This document shows, in pieces, positions 1 to 8,891 of a stretch of DNA of 64,000 bases (position 1 is its first letter; every line of letters begins with the position of its first letter). Where the stretch lies: NCBI GenBank assembly GCA_965198235.1, contig OZ240248.1, forward strand, positions 2,880,001 to 2,944,000. The letters are read 5' to 3'. The notes under the pieces are model-generated. The model worked only from the letters and a program-made list of their open reading frames with translations, searched no databases and was not told the DNA's origin. This DNA comes from Candidatus Poribacteria bacterium. GTDB taxonomy: Bacteria; Poribacteria; WGA-4E; WGA-3G. Made by a program: the position numbers and the translations under genes.

Positions 1-354
1 CTGACCCATATTTCACCAGCAGCTATTGTGCAGTACGCTTTTGAAGGGCTTGCAGGCACTGGCTTGCCTCGTCATTTAGACTTCATCTCTCAAACACGTC
101 AATACGCGAAACAGTTTCGGCAGTTTCTCATTGATACCGATCGCGCAGACTCGGAAAGTCCGCACGCCGTCGGTATCCCAGAAGGCACATCGCAAAAACC
201 AGTGAATTTCGATGCCGTCCCGAAATTTGAAGATCAACACCGCTTTCGTGCGGATTTTAATGCCACAATTATTGACTTATTGCTATTGATTCTGTTCTTG
301 CTGGTGTTATTCGTTAGTACTTTCCTCTCTTTCCTACGCACGGAAATTGGGTAA
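1..354 (+). CDS. C-terminal part of an ABC transporter permease-associated protein (DUF3526-like), truncated by the window edge
   Basis: Frame open from base 1 (LTHISPAAIVQYAFEGLAGTG...); ends in a hydrophobic TM segment and FLRTEIG, typical of these permease C-termini. Confidence 0.6.
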   Translation: MTHISPAAIVQYAFEGLAGTGLPRHLDFISQTRQYAKQFRQFLIDTDRADSESPHAVGIPEGTSQKPVNFDAVPKFEDQHRFRADFNATIIDLLLLILFLLVLFVSTFLSFLRTEIG

Positions 355-437
355 CTTATCAAACACCATTATGCCATTGACGGGCGATAAATCGCCCTAC
401 TACAAACCTCCATTTGTTGTTGATAACTAATCCTGAT

Positions 438-466
438 TTGACTTTCCCCGCCAAATGTGCTATTAT
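438..466 (+). promoter_or_regulatory. sigma70-type promoter for the nucleoside phosphorylase
   Basis: TTGACT-17bp-TATTAT with TGn extended -10. Confidence 0.55.
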
Positions 467-561
467 CTTAATGATTGATTACAGTAGAGCGCGGTTCAGA
501 AGGTCGCTGCGCGTTCAAGAATACTCAGATTCAGACGAAACCCTCAACTTTCAAGTTAACT

Positions 562-1335
562 ATGCCAATACCCAATTTCCCCGACAAACATAAATCGCGT
601 CCCATAGTCACACCACAGCAGCACGTCGCGTACTTCCGTCAACAAGGCTTCATCCCCGATTTCCCGATTCCTGAGGGTGTCATTTTCTGTTATGAAGGGA
701 ACCTTCTGGATCGTATTACCAGCATTGAAAACGTTGAGCAGGTTCGCGGGGTAAGTGGAGAATTTTATCTGCTGACTGAAACCGATAATCGCGTGGCAGT
801 TAGCGGCAATAACGGCATCGGTGCCCCCGGTATCTCAATGATTCTTGAAATTCTGATAGAGTTGGGGGTTAAACGATTTATCAACGTAGGAATCGCTGGT
901 GGATTACAAAAAAACTCTCACATTGGCGATGTCGTCGTTTGCACCAGTGCCATTCGCGATGAAGGCGTTTCATATCACTACTTGGAAGACTCCTCAGCAC
1001 CTGTACTGCCGTCCGAAAACCTGACAGATGCATTCATGCGAACCCTTGCGCGCGACGGCATTCCTTATACACAGGGACCAACATGGACCACTGATGCCTT
1101 TTTCCGTGAAACGATTGGAGAAATTCAACATTATCAACAGGAAGGGGTTGTCACGGCTGAGATGGAAGCCGCCGCTTTATTCGCCATCAGTACGCTGCGC
1201 GGTGTGGATATGGCCTCAGGGTTTGTCATCAGTGATTTGGTGGCTGAATTAGTGTGGCATCCACAGATCCTCGCCCAAGAAACACACGAGAGTTTATTTC
1301 GCTTGTATCAGGCAGCGCGGGCTACCTTACAATAG
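562..1335 (+). CDS. Nucleoside phosphorylase (PNP/UDP family)
   Basis: Motifs GIGAP, NVGIAGGL, IRDEGVSYHY, WTTDAFFRET, AEMEAAALF; start chosen at ATG 562. Confidence 0.85.
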   Translation: MPIPNFPDKHKSRPIVTPQQHVAYFRQQGFIPDFPIPEGVIFCYEGNLLDRITSIENVEQVRGVSGEFYLLTETDNRVAVSGNNGIGAPGISMILEILIELGVKRFINVGIAGGLQKNSHIGDVVVCTSAIRDEGVSYHYLEDSSAPVLPSENLTDAFMRTLARDGIPYTQGPTWTTDAFFRETIGEIQHYQQEGVVTAEMEAAALFAISTLRGVDMASGFVISDLVAELVWHPQILAQETHESLFRLYQAARATLQ

Positions 1336-1392
1336 TGCACCTGATCAGACCCTAAACGAAACGAACAAACAATAACGCTAAAGGAAATTGAA

Positions 1393-1648
1393 ATGCCGAT
1401 ATTAACACAGGCACATCGTGAACATTTCGATGAGTACGGCTATATGGTCATCGAAAATGCCATCCCAACTGAACTTTGCGATGCAGTCGTTGATGCAATC
1501 TTCGCGTTCTTGGAAATGGACCTTTCAGCTCCAAATGACTGGTATCGCGCACCTCATAAACCCGGTGCAGGTATGGTGGAAATGTACCAACACCAAGTCA
1601 TGTGGAACGTCTACCAACATCCACCAATCCATCAAATCTATCAATCTT
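1393..1648 (+). pseudogene. PhyH-family dioxygenase, 5' fragment (interrupted by IS)
   Basis: MPILTQAHREHFDEYGYMVIENAIP is a typical PhyH N-terminus; similarity stops at QIYQ where the IS left-end hairpin begins. Confidence 0.8.
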
Positions 1649-1740
1649 CGGGCAGGAGACCCCATCCTGACCCACAGGACAGCACATTGCTTTGTGCAGT
1701 CCTGTGGGATGGTTGGGGAGGAATGCCCGCTCCTTTTTTC

Positions 1741-1769
1741 TTGATGTATGATGCCAAAAATGTTATACT
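1741..1769 (+). promoter_or_regulatory. sigma70 promoter inside the IS driving tnpB
   Basis: TTGATG-17bp-TATACT. Confidence 0.6.
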
Positions 1770-1867
1770 CTTTACATACCAGTTGGCAGACATACATAGC
1801 GTAATCGCAAGGTTACGTGTCTGCCTACCCACTATGTAGGGGTTAAAAACTGGTGACTGGTAAAACC

Positions 1868-3049
1868 ATGAGAACTGGAAAATATCAAATACGCGACCAT
1901 CGACAGAATATGCGCGTGGGCAATATGCTGGACGATCTCGGTGATGTCCACAACCACTTCTTGGCGTTGGAAAAGCGATATTACCGTATTTACGGCAAGT
2001 ATGCGGGTCGGTATCGGTTGCAACCGCACTTGACGAAGTTGCTCCAACGCACCCATCCGCACTGGGTGTGGATCCCGCGAGATACGCTTGACCAAGTGAT
2101 TGTTCGTATTCATATCGGTTACGAGCGTTTCTTTGATTGGCTTGAAAACGGTAAGCGTGGCAGACGCGTGGGGCCTCCGAAGTTCAAAAAGCGTGGCAAA
2201 TATCGCTCTGCGAAGTTTCAAACCGGCTATAAGATTTTTCAAGAACGCCCGGACGGGAAACCCTCTGTTGTTCCGAAAGGCACGATTCGCTTGTCCTTCA
2301 AAGAATGGGACGCAAGAAAACAAAAGTTCGTTTTTGTCCGCAGGAATATCCTGTATCACCACCACCGCGATTGGGAAGGAAACGTCCGCTATATCCAAAT
2401 CCTTCGCGATCGCGCTGGAACGTATTGGCTTTATGTTGTCACGGATAACACCTCCAAAGAAGTGCTGCCCGCTACAGGTGAAAGCGTAGGCGCAGACTTC
2501 GGTATGGACACCTATCTGACACTGAACACGGGTGAAAAGATCCAACACCCACAACCCTTGAAACACTCCTTGAACGAACTCCGAAACCTCAACAAAGCTG
2601 TCAGCCGAAAGGTCAAAGGTTCTAATAACTGGTGGCGTGCCGTCCGTGAACTCGCACGTCTTTATCGCAAAATTGCCAACCAACGCAAGGATTGGCACTG
2701 GAAACTTGCCACTGACCTCTGCCGAAGGTTTGATACGATCGTAACCGAGACGCTGAACCTTGAGGCAATGAAACGGCTCTGGGGGCGAAAAGTATCTGAC
2801 CTCGCCTTTTACCAGTTTGTTGAGATATTGGATTTCAAGTGTATCAAACATAATCGTGAGTTCTTTCAAGTCGGGCAGTGGACCCCTACCACCAAACCTT
2901 GTTCTGACTGTGGACATCACAACGATAAACTTTCACTTTCTGATAGGCAGTGGATATGCCCCGACTGTGGTTCTCACCACGACCGAGACATCAATGCTGC
3001 GATAAATATCTTGAGGGCTGCTTGCGGTCCCTCTGTGGAGATAGCGTAA
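1868..3049 (+). CDS. tnpB: RNA-guided endonuclease TnpB
   Basis: RuvC-I GADFG, RuvC-II VTETL, zinc ribbon CSDC...CPDC, RuvC-III HDRDINAAINI; D-E-D triad present. Confidence 0.95.
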   Translation: MRTGKYQIRDHRQNMRVGNMLDDLGDVHNHFLALEKRYYRIYGKYAGRYRLQPHLTKLLQRTHPHWVWIPRDTLDQVIVRIHIGYERFFDWLENGKRGRRVGPPKFKKRGKYRSAKFQTGYKIFQERPDGKPSVVPKGTIRLSFKEWDARKQKFVFVRRNILYHHHRDWEGNVRYIQILRDRAGTYWLYVVTDNTSKEVLPATGESVGADFGMDTYLTLNTGEKIQHPQPLKHSLNELRNLNKAVSRKVKGSNNWWRAVRELARLYRKIANQRKDWHWKLATDLCRRFDTIVTETLNLEAMKRLWGRKVSDLAFYQFVEILDFKCIKHNREFFQVGQWTPTTKPCSDCGHHNDKLSLSDRQWICPDCGSHHDRDINAAINILRAACGPSVEIA

Positions 3050-3136
3050 GACCTTCTACGGAAGGCTGCTGTCTACGAAGCACAAGCCCCACGCTTTAGC
3101 GTGTGGGTGCCTTGACCTGGCATAAAGCACTTCCAC
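2990..3136 (+). ncRNA. Predicted TnpB omega/reRNA: scaffold overlapping tnpB 3' end and right end, guide starting at 3117
   Basis: Established TnpB architecture; hairpins CCTTC-TACG-GAAGG and the right-end stem are visible; 5' boundary is a guess. Confidence 0.6.
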
Positions 3137-3378
3137 ACGGCAACGGTCGCAACACCTCTAACAAACCGCGATTGGCACAATACATGAACTTCTATCCCGT
3201 TCCTGATCCGATGGATGAGGAGCGGCGGCAAGAACGCATTACACTATGGCGGGAACGGAGAGCATTGGGACGAGATCCGTATCCTGGCGACCCACGGGGT
3301 TGGGAAGCGAAAAACTATGGACCCGCAGAACTTACGCCCTTGGGACGGAAGTTATTGGGACTTGATTTCTGGGATTAA
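3117..3378 (+). pseudogene. PhyH-family dioxygenase, 3' fragment
   Basis: WHKALPHGNGRNTSNKPRLAQY carries the distal His and Arg motif of PhyH enzymes. Confidence 0.8.
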
Positions 3379-4175
3379 TATTTCTTAAGCATCGCCCAAC
3401 TTGTGGCTAATTTCCCTTGCGGGTCCACACCGAGTGCTGCTTGCAATCCGTTCTCCCGAATCGCATTGATCTGATTTTCACTCAACTCCACGTTGAAGAT
3501 GGCAACCTCATCGAAAAGACCAAACATAAATTCGTGGTGCGCCAGAAAGTCCCCCATGGTAACCTCCTGTGCCTCATCATTTGTGTCCATCGCCTGATCG
3601 GTGCCCTCTTTGGATTGGAGTTTACCATCGACATAGAGGTCATGGTCTTTCACAGCGTCCGAACCTTTGGGAAAGACCACCGCCATGTGGTGCCACTCCT
3701 CATCACACACCTCCTCTTCCCCGTAATTTTGTCCGCCGGCGACCTCAACTCTCAAATTGCAGCCGCCGCCTCTCAGATGTGCCCGGATGTAGTACTTTTC
3801 GCCTGTAAGATTCGGTCCCCATTTTACCCATGAATGTTCTCTTGTATCCCCGGCTTTAAACCAGAAGACCGTCGTTCTCGGATCTGTGCCACCAACCCCA
3901 GCGTAGCCGGTAACAACTAAATTATCATCTTTGCCATCGTAATCTAAACAGGTCCCAAACACACCTTTGACGTATTTCGCCCCAGATATGTCCCCATCGT
4001 GACCGTTCCCAGAGAGATCTTTGGCGACATTACCCTTCCCTTCGTCAAAGAGATAGGCGACCTCAACAGTTTTCGAGTCAATCGGAGCAGTATGGCTAAT
4101 ACTCGTAACCAATGATCCGAAAGTGACAATAATTAACCAAACCAGCGTAAAACTGGCTCGACCTCCAAGTTTCAT
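3375..4175 (-). CDS. Secreted LamG/concanavalin A-like domain protein
   Basis: Signal peptide, YLFDEGKG, WHHMAVV, FDEVAIFN, C-terminal VDPQGKLATSWAMLK. Confidence 0.85.
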   Translation of the reverse strand: MKLGGRASFTLVWLIIVTFGSLVTSISHTAPIDSKTVEVAYLFDEGKGNVAKDLSGNGHDGDISGAKYVKGVFGTCLDYDGKDDNLVVTGYAGVGGTDPRTTVFWFKAGDTREHSWVKWGPNLTGEKYYIRAHLRGGGCNLRVEVAGGQNYGEEEVCDEEWHHMAVVFPKGSDAVKDHDLYVDGKLQSKEGTDQAMDTNDEAQEVTMGDFLAHHEFMFGLFDEVAIFNVELSENQINAIRENGLQAALGVDPQGKLATSWAMLKKY

Positions 4176-4630
4176 ATTTTCCTCCTGTGTGAAAAATATC
4201 ATCAGATTTCAGACCTAAACCCCACTATTTCAATGTGGGATATAGGGCCGCTTCCGTATATTAGTCCAAAGTTTTCTAAAAAAAGATTGTAGCAAAATCG
4301 CTCAAAATAGGCAAGTGAGAAGTTGCCTGAAATAAAATGCTACATTTTTTCGTTTTAACCCAATTTTTGTGTGAACCTAAGTTGCTATCTAACAAATTTT
4401 GGAGAGTAGCGGATGTTTTCCGCGCACTGTCTGCAATACGACTTTGCTTGACGATTTCCCCGGGGAACTCGCCTACTAATGACTGATGGCTATTCTTCAC
4501 TTGTGTAGGAAAGCGATGCACTTTTCCCATTTTTTTCTTGAATGATATGCTAAAATAAATTAACCTGTTAACCAAAATGCAGTATATGCGTTATTTTCAT
4601 GTAGTAAAACTGAAGTATAGAAGATTCATA

Positions 4631-5188
4631 ATGCTAAATGGGCGGGCGATATGTCTCGGGGTTCTCTGTGTTCTTTCTATTCCCTATACGGTGTTCTCAC
4701 AATCACAGTCAGCAACCGATACAATTATTGAAAAGATATACCAGTCAGAGATCCGAGTCCGCGAACATGTGGATGTGAAAGTCAAAGACGTTGAGACAAA
4801 AATTTCGGAAATTAATGCAAAGGTTGGACCCCTTAGCACAGTTGTAGAAGGAAATAAGACAAATATAACGAACATTAAAGATGACATACGTGATTTAAAA
4901 GGGACGGTGGATTTGATTTGGAAAGGAATATTAGGAATTTTGGGAACTCTGATAGTTTCTATAGCGGGTTATTTTTTCAAATCATGGCGGCAAAATCAAG
5001 ATAACAAGGACAATGTAGGCGCGATAGATCGCTTAACCGACCAAATCACCAGACTAATCTCGGCACAGGCAGCAATTCCAGAAACGAGAACCGTTTCCGC
5101 ACATCCCAAAGTGCCGAGAGTGGAGGGGTTAGACGAGTTAACAGACGACATACGGTCTACACACCATGATGCAAGGGAAAGAGTCTGA
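4631..5188 (+). CDS. Hypothetical protein: signal peptide, coiled coil, TM helix
   Basis: Hydrophobic N-terminus, heptad-like region, WKGILGILGTLIVSIAGYFF; stop overlaps next start (TGATG). Confidence 0.65.
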   Translation: MLNGRAICLGVLCVLSIPYTVFSQSQSATDTIIEKIYQSEIRVREHVDVKVKDVETKISEINAKVGPLSTVVEGNKTNITNIKDDIRDLKGTVDLIWKGILGILGTLIVSIAGYFFKSWRQNQDNKDNVGAIDRLTDQITRLISAQAAIPETRTVSAHPKVPRVEGLDELTDDIRSTHHDARERV

Positions 5189-5496
5189 TGGAAAACACTA
5201 AAAACTCATTTGAGGAGCCTACATCCGCAGAAGCCTACGTCAATAGGGGTAATAAGTTATACGATCAAGGCGATTATCAGGCTGCCATTTCCGATTATGA
5301 TAAGGCAATCCGTCTTGACCCTGAATGTATGAGAGCCTACTACAATCGAGGAAACGCCAAAAGCGAACTGGGAAACCTTGAAGCCGCCATTTCCGATTAT
5401 GATGAGGCGATCCGTCTTGACCCCGAATATGCAACAGCCCGCGCCAACCGAGAAAATGTCCAAAAAGAACTTAGAGAACGCCAGAAGGAAACTTAG
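5188..5496 (+). CDS. Small TPR protein
   Basis: Two full TPRs (AYVNRG...AISDYDKAIRLDP; AYYNRG...AISDYDEAIRLDP). Confidence 0.9.
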   Translation: MENTKNSFEEPTSAEAYVNRGNKLYDQGDYQAAISDYDKAIRLDPECMRAYYNRGNAKSELGNLEAAISDYDEAIRLDPEYATARANRENVQKELRERQKET

Positions 5497-5633
5497 GTAG
5501 CCCTAAAAAGAGAATCAAGATTTTCAGGAAGCGGTTAAATTTGGCAAAGTGCCGGTAGGGTAAGTAAGGCAGCAAGGCGCGATCGTCGTATCCTGCCACC
5601 TATTAAGTCTCGGACTTACTTCTGGAGACTCTT

Positions 5634-5830
5634 GTGGGAGGAGTTTCCAACCCCCTGACTTCCCTTCTTCCATCCTTCCGCTCTTCCATTCCCTAACCCG
5701 CGCAATCCGTGTCATTCCCAACACTCTGCGATTCAGACGAAAAGCCGATCTCTAATCCTGTAAATCCCCTAAATCTCGGTTCTGACAACTGACGACCCCT
5801 TTCTGTAGGGGCGACCTCTTGGTCGCGATT
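5634..5830. repeat. Cluster of short repeats: REP-like hairpins, CTTCC-type tandem units, nonamer AATCC units
   Basis: GTGGGAGGAGTTTCCAACCCC at 5634, CTTCC repeats 5659-5692, GTAGGGGCGACCTCTTGGTCGC at 5805. Confidence 0.7.
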
Positions 5831-5944
5831 TATCCCACAGAACCGACAGAAAGTTTCCGATTGCGCCGCATGGTTTCTCAGTCAGCACACAGACTTGCTT
5901 GGAGAAAATATTGTGATGCAACGAGCGGCAGACTATCCAGTATT

Positions 5945-6062
5945 ATACCATTTCTGATTGGAATTGTAGCATAAACTTTCAGTTTGTGCCTTCTTATAGC
6001 AGAGACTGTGAGTCTATGCGTTAAGGTACGGTTAATGCGATATAAATTTTTAGAAATGGTAT
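5945..6062. mobile_element. Putative 118-bp MITE
   Basis: 11-bp terminal inverted repeat ATACCATTTCT/AGAAATGGTAT, non-coding interior. Confidence 0.45.
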
Positions 6063-6265
6063 TACATCATCCATCGGAGTTAGTTGATCGGATTCAAGAC
6101 ATTTGTGCGGTGTGCTGATGACGTTCTATCTGTACAACAAGCGAAAACATATTCGCTCGACTGTGGCACCTCGATTCTTACATCGGATAGTGCACATAGA
6201 AACTTAGTCGTGATGTATGATTCTTGCGGAATTTGCCGTAGTGAATAATGATCGATGAAAAAAAT

Positions 6266-6326
6266 TTGACAAAGAGAAAAACATGTGATATAATGTTAAC
6301 ACTGTTAAGTTAGATTACTATGTAAA
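6266..6326 (+). promoter_or_regulatory. tetR promoter with overlapping operator
   Basis: TTGACA-17bp-TATAAT (with TGn) followed immediately by palindrome TTAACACTGTTAA (6296-6308). Confidence 0.85.
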
Positions 6327-6340
6327 CAAGGGTTAAAGCA

Positions 6341-6946
6341 ATGGGTATTAAAGAACGGAGAGCAAAGGAAAAAGAACAGCTGCGACGGCAAATCCTTCTC
6401 GCGGCGCGAGAGTTGTTTGTCAATGAAGGTTATGAGAACGTCTCTATGCGAAAGATTGCCAACAAGATCGAATACTCACCGACAACGATCTATCTTTATT
6501 TCAAAGACAAGGCTGATCTTTTAGATTCCGTTTGTCAGGAAACACTCCTGAACCTATTGAACACGCTTGAGCAGTTAAAAAGAGATAAAAGCGACCCTGT
6601 CGAAACCCTCAAAAAAAGTGGACAAGCCTATGTCGAGTTCGGTCTCAAATATCCGCAAGATTACAAACTAACGTTTGTCATTCGCCCCCAGTTCCAGAGG
6701 GGTTTAGGTCTGCAAGAAGGATCGGTTGGCGAAAACGTGTTCAATTACTTACGTGAAATGGTTTCTGAATGCATCCAACAGAAGAGATTTCGGCAGATGG
6801 ATGTCGAAACCACTGGTCAGGTGCTGTGGTCGGCGGTTCATGGTGTCACATTGCTCCTGATTGACTTCCCAGATTTCCCTTGGACAGAAAAAGACAAATT
6901 GATTGACACGGTAATTCACACGACAATTGAGGGTTTAAAAGTATAG
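6341..6946 (+). CDS. TetR/AcrR family transcriptional regulator (WHG-like C-terminal domain)
   Basis: HTH SMRKIANKIEYSPTTIYLYFKDK; C-terminal WSAVHG. Confidence 0.95.
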   Translation: MGIKERRAKEKEQLRRQILLAARELFVNEGYENVSMRKIANKIEYSPTTIYLYFKDKADLLDSVCQETLLNLLNTLEQLKRDKSDPVETLKKSGQAYVEFGLKYPQDYKLTFVIRPQFQRGLGLQEGSVGENVFNYLREMVSECIQQKRFRQMDVETTGQVLWSAVHGVTLLLIDFPDFPWTEKDKLIDTVIHTTIEGLKV

Positions 6947-6964
6947 ATTTCAAACCATTTGGCG

Positions 6965-7026
6965 AAGGTCACTTATATTTTTTCGCCTATAAAGTTAACA
7001 CTGTTAATTTATTTATCTATGTTAAC
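6965..7026 (+). promoter_or_regulatory. Operator-containing upstream region, copy 2
   Basis: TTAACACTGTTAA at 6995-7007 plus TTATCTATGTTAA 18 bp later; near-identical to 8803-8862. Confidence 0.75.
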
Positions 7027-7055
7027 ATCTTGTAAAACTCAAATGGAGAATAAAA

Positions 7056-8774
7056 ATGAAAAAGCGAAACCTATTCCACAAGTGCTTTCTTCCCACAACA
7101 CCGAGTTCAGTCGTCGAACGCATAAGGCATTATCGACGAAGCCTGTTCTCAATACTAACCCTCGGCGTATTTCTATCGGGATACTTAGGTCTGTTTGGCG
7201 AAGAAGTCGAGCGGACGCCGCCTGCCCCCGCGGAATTCACTTTCGATCAGTACGAGATCGTTATTGGCTCCGCGAAACGCCAGACCGTTCTGACGGGATT
7301 TCTTCTCGGTGGTGATTTCGCGGAACTTGCCGTGGTGCACATCGACGAGAACGATGATCGTCGTTTGCGCATTTACGCGTTCGATGACAACACTTGGGCA
7401 CTAAGACTCGACGCAACGCTGCGTTCCGAAGTATTGTTCGTCGATGTAGCAAATATTGACGGACGCGACCGACTAATTACGTACGAACGCGGCCGTCTGA
7501 GCTGGTTTGATCCCGAATCGGCGACGGAACGCGCGCTGGTGGCGGTTACTTCTAACTTCAAGCCGCCTCGCAGCGGCGAAATCCCCCATGTAGACATCAC
7601 GCGGGACGTGAACGCCGACAACCGCGACGATCTGGTGGTGCCTGACTTAGATGGATTCTCGGTGTTCATCCAGATGAGCGACGGCACGTTCGCTGATCCA
7701 GTGAAACTCGGTCCGTCCACTGAAATGGAAAGAATCCTCGGAGCCGACGGATATCGGTATGACCCTTGGTCTCAGAGCCGTGTCTATGAAATCGACTATG
7801 ACAGAGATGGTCGCACCGACCTTGTGTTCTGGAACGAGGACCACTTCAAGGTTCATCTCCAGGACGAGCGCGGGCTGTTTGCACCGAAGCCCAGAACCTT
7901 CATGACCGATGTGGCATTCGACTCTGACCGGCTCTCCGCACTCGCCACCGGGGACATGATAGGAAAAGTGCTGCACTCGTTGGGAGACCTGAACGGCGAC
8001 GGCATCGCCGACTTGGTGGTTTTCAAACTTTCGGGCAAGGACATCTCTAAAAAGCACACCACCTACGAGGTGCATTTCGGCGCGCCAACACCCGATGGTG
8101 GCACCCTGTTCTCACGGAGCGTTGACATCGCGTTCCAGTCAGACGAGAGAATCCAGCTCGGGATGGAACAGCACGACTTCGATCACGATGGCAAGGTCGA
8201 CCTTATGATCCCGACCATCGATATCGAGTTCCTCAAAGGCAGCCTCTGGAAAAGCATCAAGGGGTTCATGGGGGATGATGTCTGGCTGGATATCGAGTTC
8301 TACCAAATGGAAGAAGGCCGCTACCCCAGCACACCCAACACCATCCGCAGAATCGCGTTGGACGGAGTGCCCAGCCATCGCGAGCCGGGGTGGGTGCCAC
8401 TGGACATCATGCTTCGAGGGGGAACACACGAGAGACGGAACACTCAAAAGAGTTACCCGCGCGCGTTCAACACAACTTTGCGCATCGGGGATGTGACCGG
8501 CGACGGCCGCTCAGACTTGCTCCTCGCGGATCACCCTCGGATCATGGGTGTCCTCGTCGGCGTGCCGGGGCCGGAAATATTCGCCCAGCGGCCTCAGGGG
8601 GTGGCGATCGCCCCTCCCAACGACGAGGAATACACCTGGCTGGTGGACCTCAACAAGGATGGGGTGCAGGATATCCTTATGCATCATCCATTCACACTAC
8701 GGGATGCTCACGGAGCTCCGATACAACCTCCGGGAACCGAACCGCATCGGGTGACGATGCTGATCGCCCGGTAA
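7056..8774 (+). CDS. FG-GAP/VCBS repeat exported protein, paralogue 1
   Basis: Repeated DxNxDGxxDL motifs; signal region ends FLSGY (no lipobox Cys). Confidence 0.85.
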   Translation: MKKRNLFHKCFLPTTPSSVVERIRHYRRSLFSILTLGVFLSGYLGLFGEEVERTPPAPAEFTFDQYEIVIGSAKRQTVLTGFLLGGDFAELAVVHIDENDDRRLRIYAFDDNTWALRLDATLRSEVLFVDVANIDGRDRLITYERGRLSWFDPESATERALVAVTSNFKPPRSGEIPHVDITRDVNADNRDDLVVPDLDGFSVFIQMSDGTFADPVKLGPSTEMERILGADGYRYDPWSQSRVYEIDYDRDGRTDLVFWNEDHFKVHLQDERGLFAPKPRTFMTDVAFDSDRLSALATGDMIGKVLHSLGDLNGDGIADLVVFKLSGKDISKKHTTYEVHFGAPTPDGGTLFSRSVDIAFQSDERIQLGMEQHDFDHDGKVDLMIPTIDIEFLKGSLWKSIKGFMGDDVWLDIEFYQMEEGRYPSTPNTIRRIALDGVPSHREPGWVPLDIMLRGGTHERRNTQKSYPRAFNTTLRIGDVTGDGRSDLLLADHPRIMGVLVGVPGPEIFAQRPQGVAIAPPNDEEYTWLVDLNKDGVQDILMHHPFTLRDAHGAPIQPPGTEPHRVTMLIAR

Positions 8775-8802
8775 ACCTAAAGGAGATCGGAAGATTTTGA
8801 TA

Positions 8803-8862
8803 AAAGGTTACTTATATTTTTCGCCTACAGGTTAACACTGTTCATTTACTTATCTATGTTAA
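8803..8862 (+). promoter_or_regulatory. Operator-containing upstream region, copy 3
   Basis: TTAACACTGTTCA at 8832-8844 plus TTATCTATGTTAA at 8850-8862. Confidence 0.75.
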
Positions 8863-8891
8863 TATATCGAAAAATCCAAAAGGAGAACAAA

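Larger units (their letters stand above)
1649..3116 (+). mobile_element. Non-autonomous IS200/IS605-family (IS1341-like, tnpB-only) element
   Basis: Left-end hairpin 1649-1729, tnpB, right-end hairpin CCCCACGC-TTTA-GCGTGTGGG followed by terminal TTGAC (3112-3116); no tnpA; flanked by two halves of one gene. Left boundary uncertain by a few bases. Confidence 0.85.

Noticed and set aside
1649-1839. C-terminal 64 aa of ORF 1393-1839 as real protein
   Set aside because: Read-through into the IS left-end hairpin and promoter
1645-1867. IStron (group I intron-IS fusion) that would splice out and restore phyH
   Set aside because: Only about 220 nt precede tnpB, no group I core is recognisable, and the flanking exons lack the PhyH catalytic middle, so splicing would not restore the gene
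5524-5724. 66-aa ORF (EWKSGRMEEGKSGGWK)
   Set aside because: Derived from GGAAG repeat array and REP in intergenic DNA
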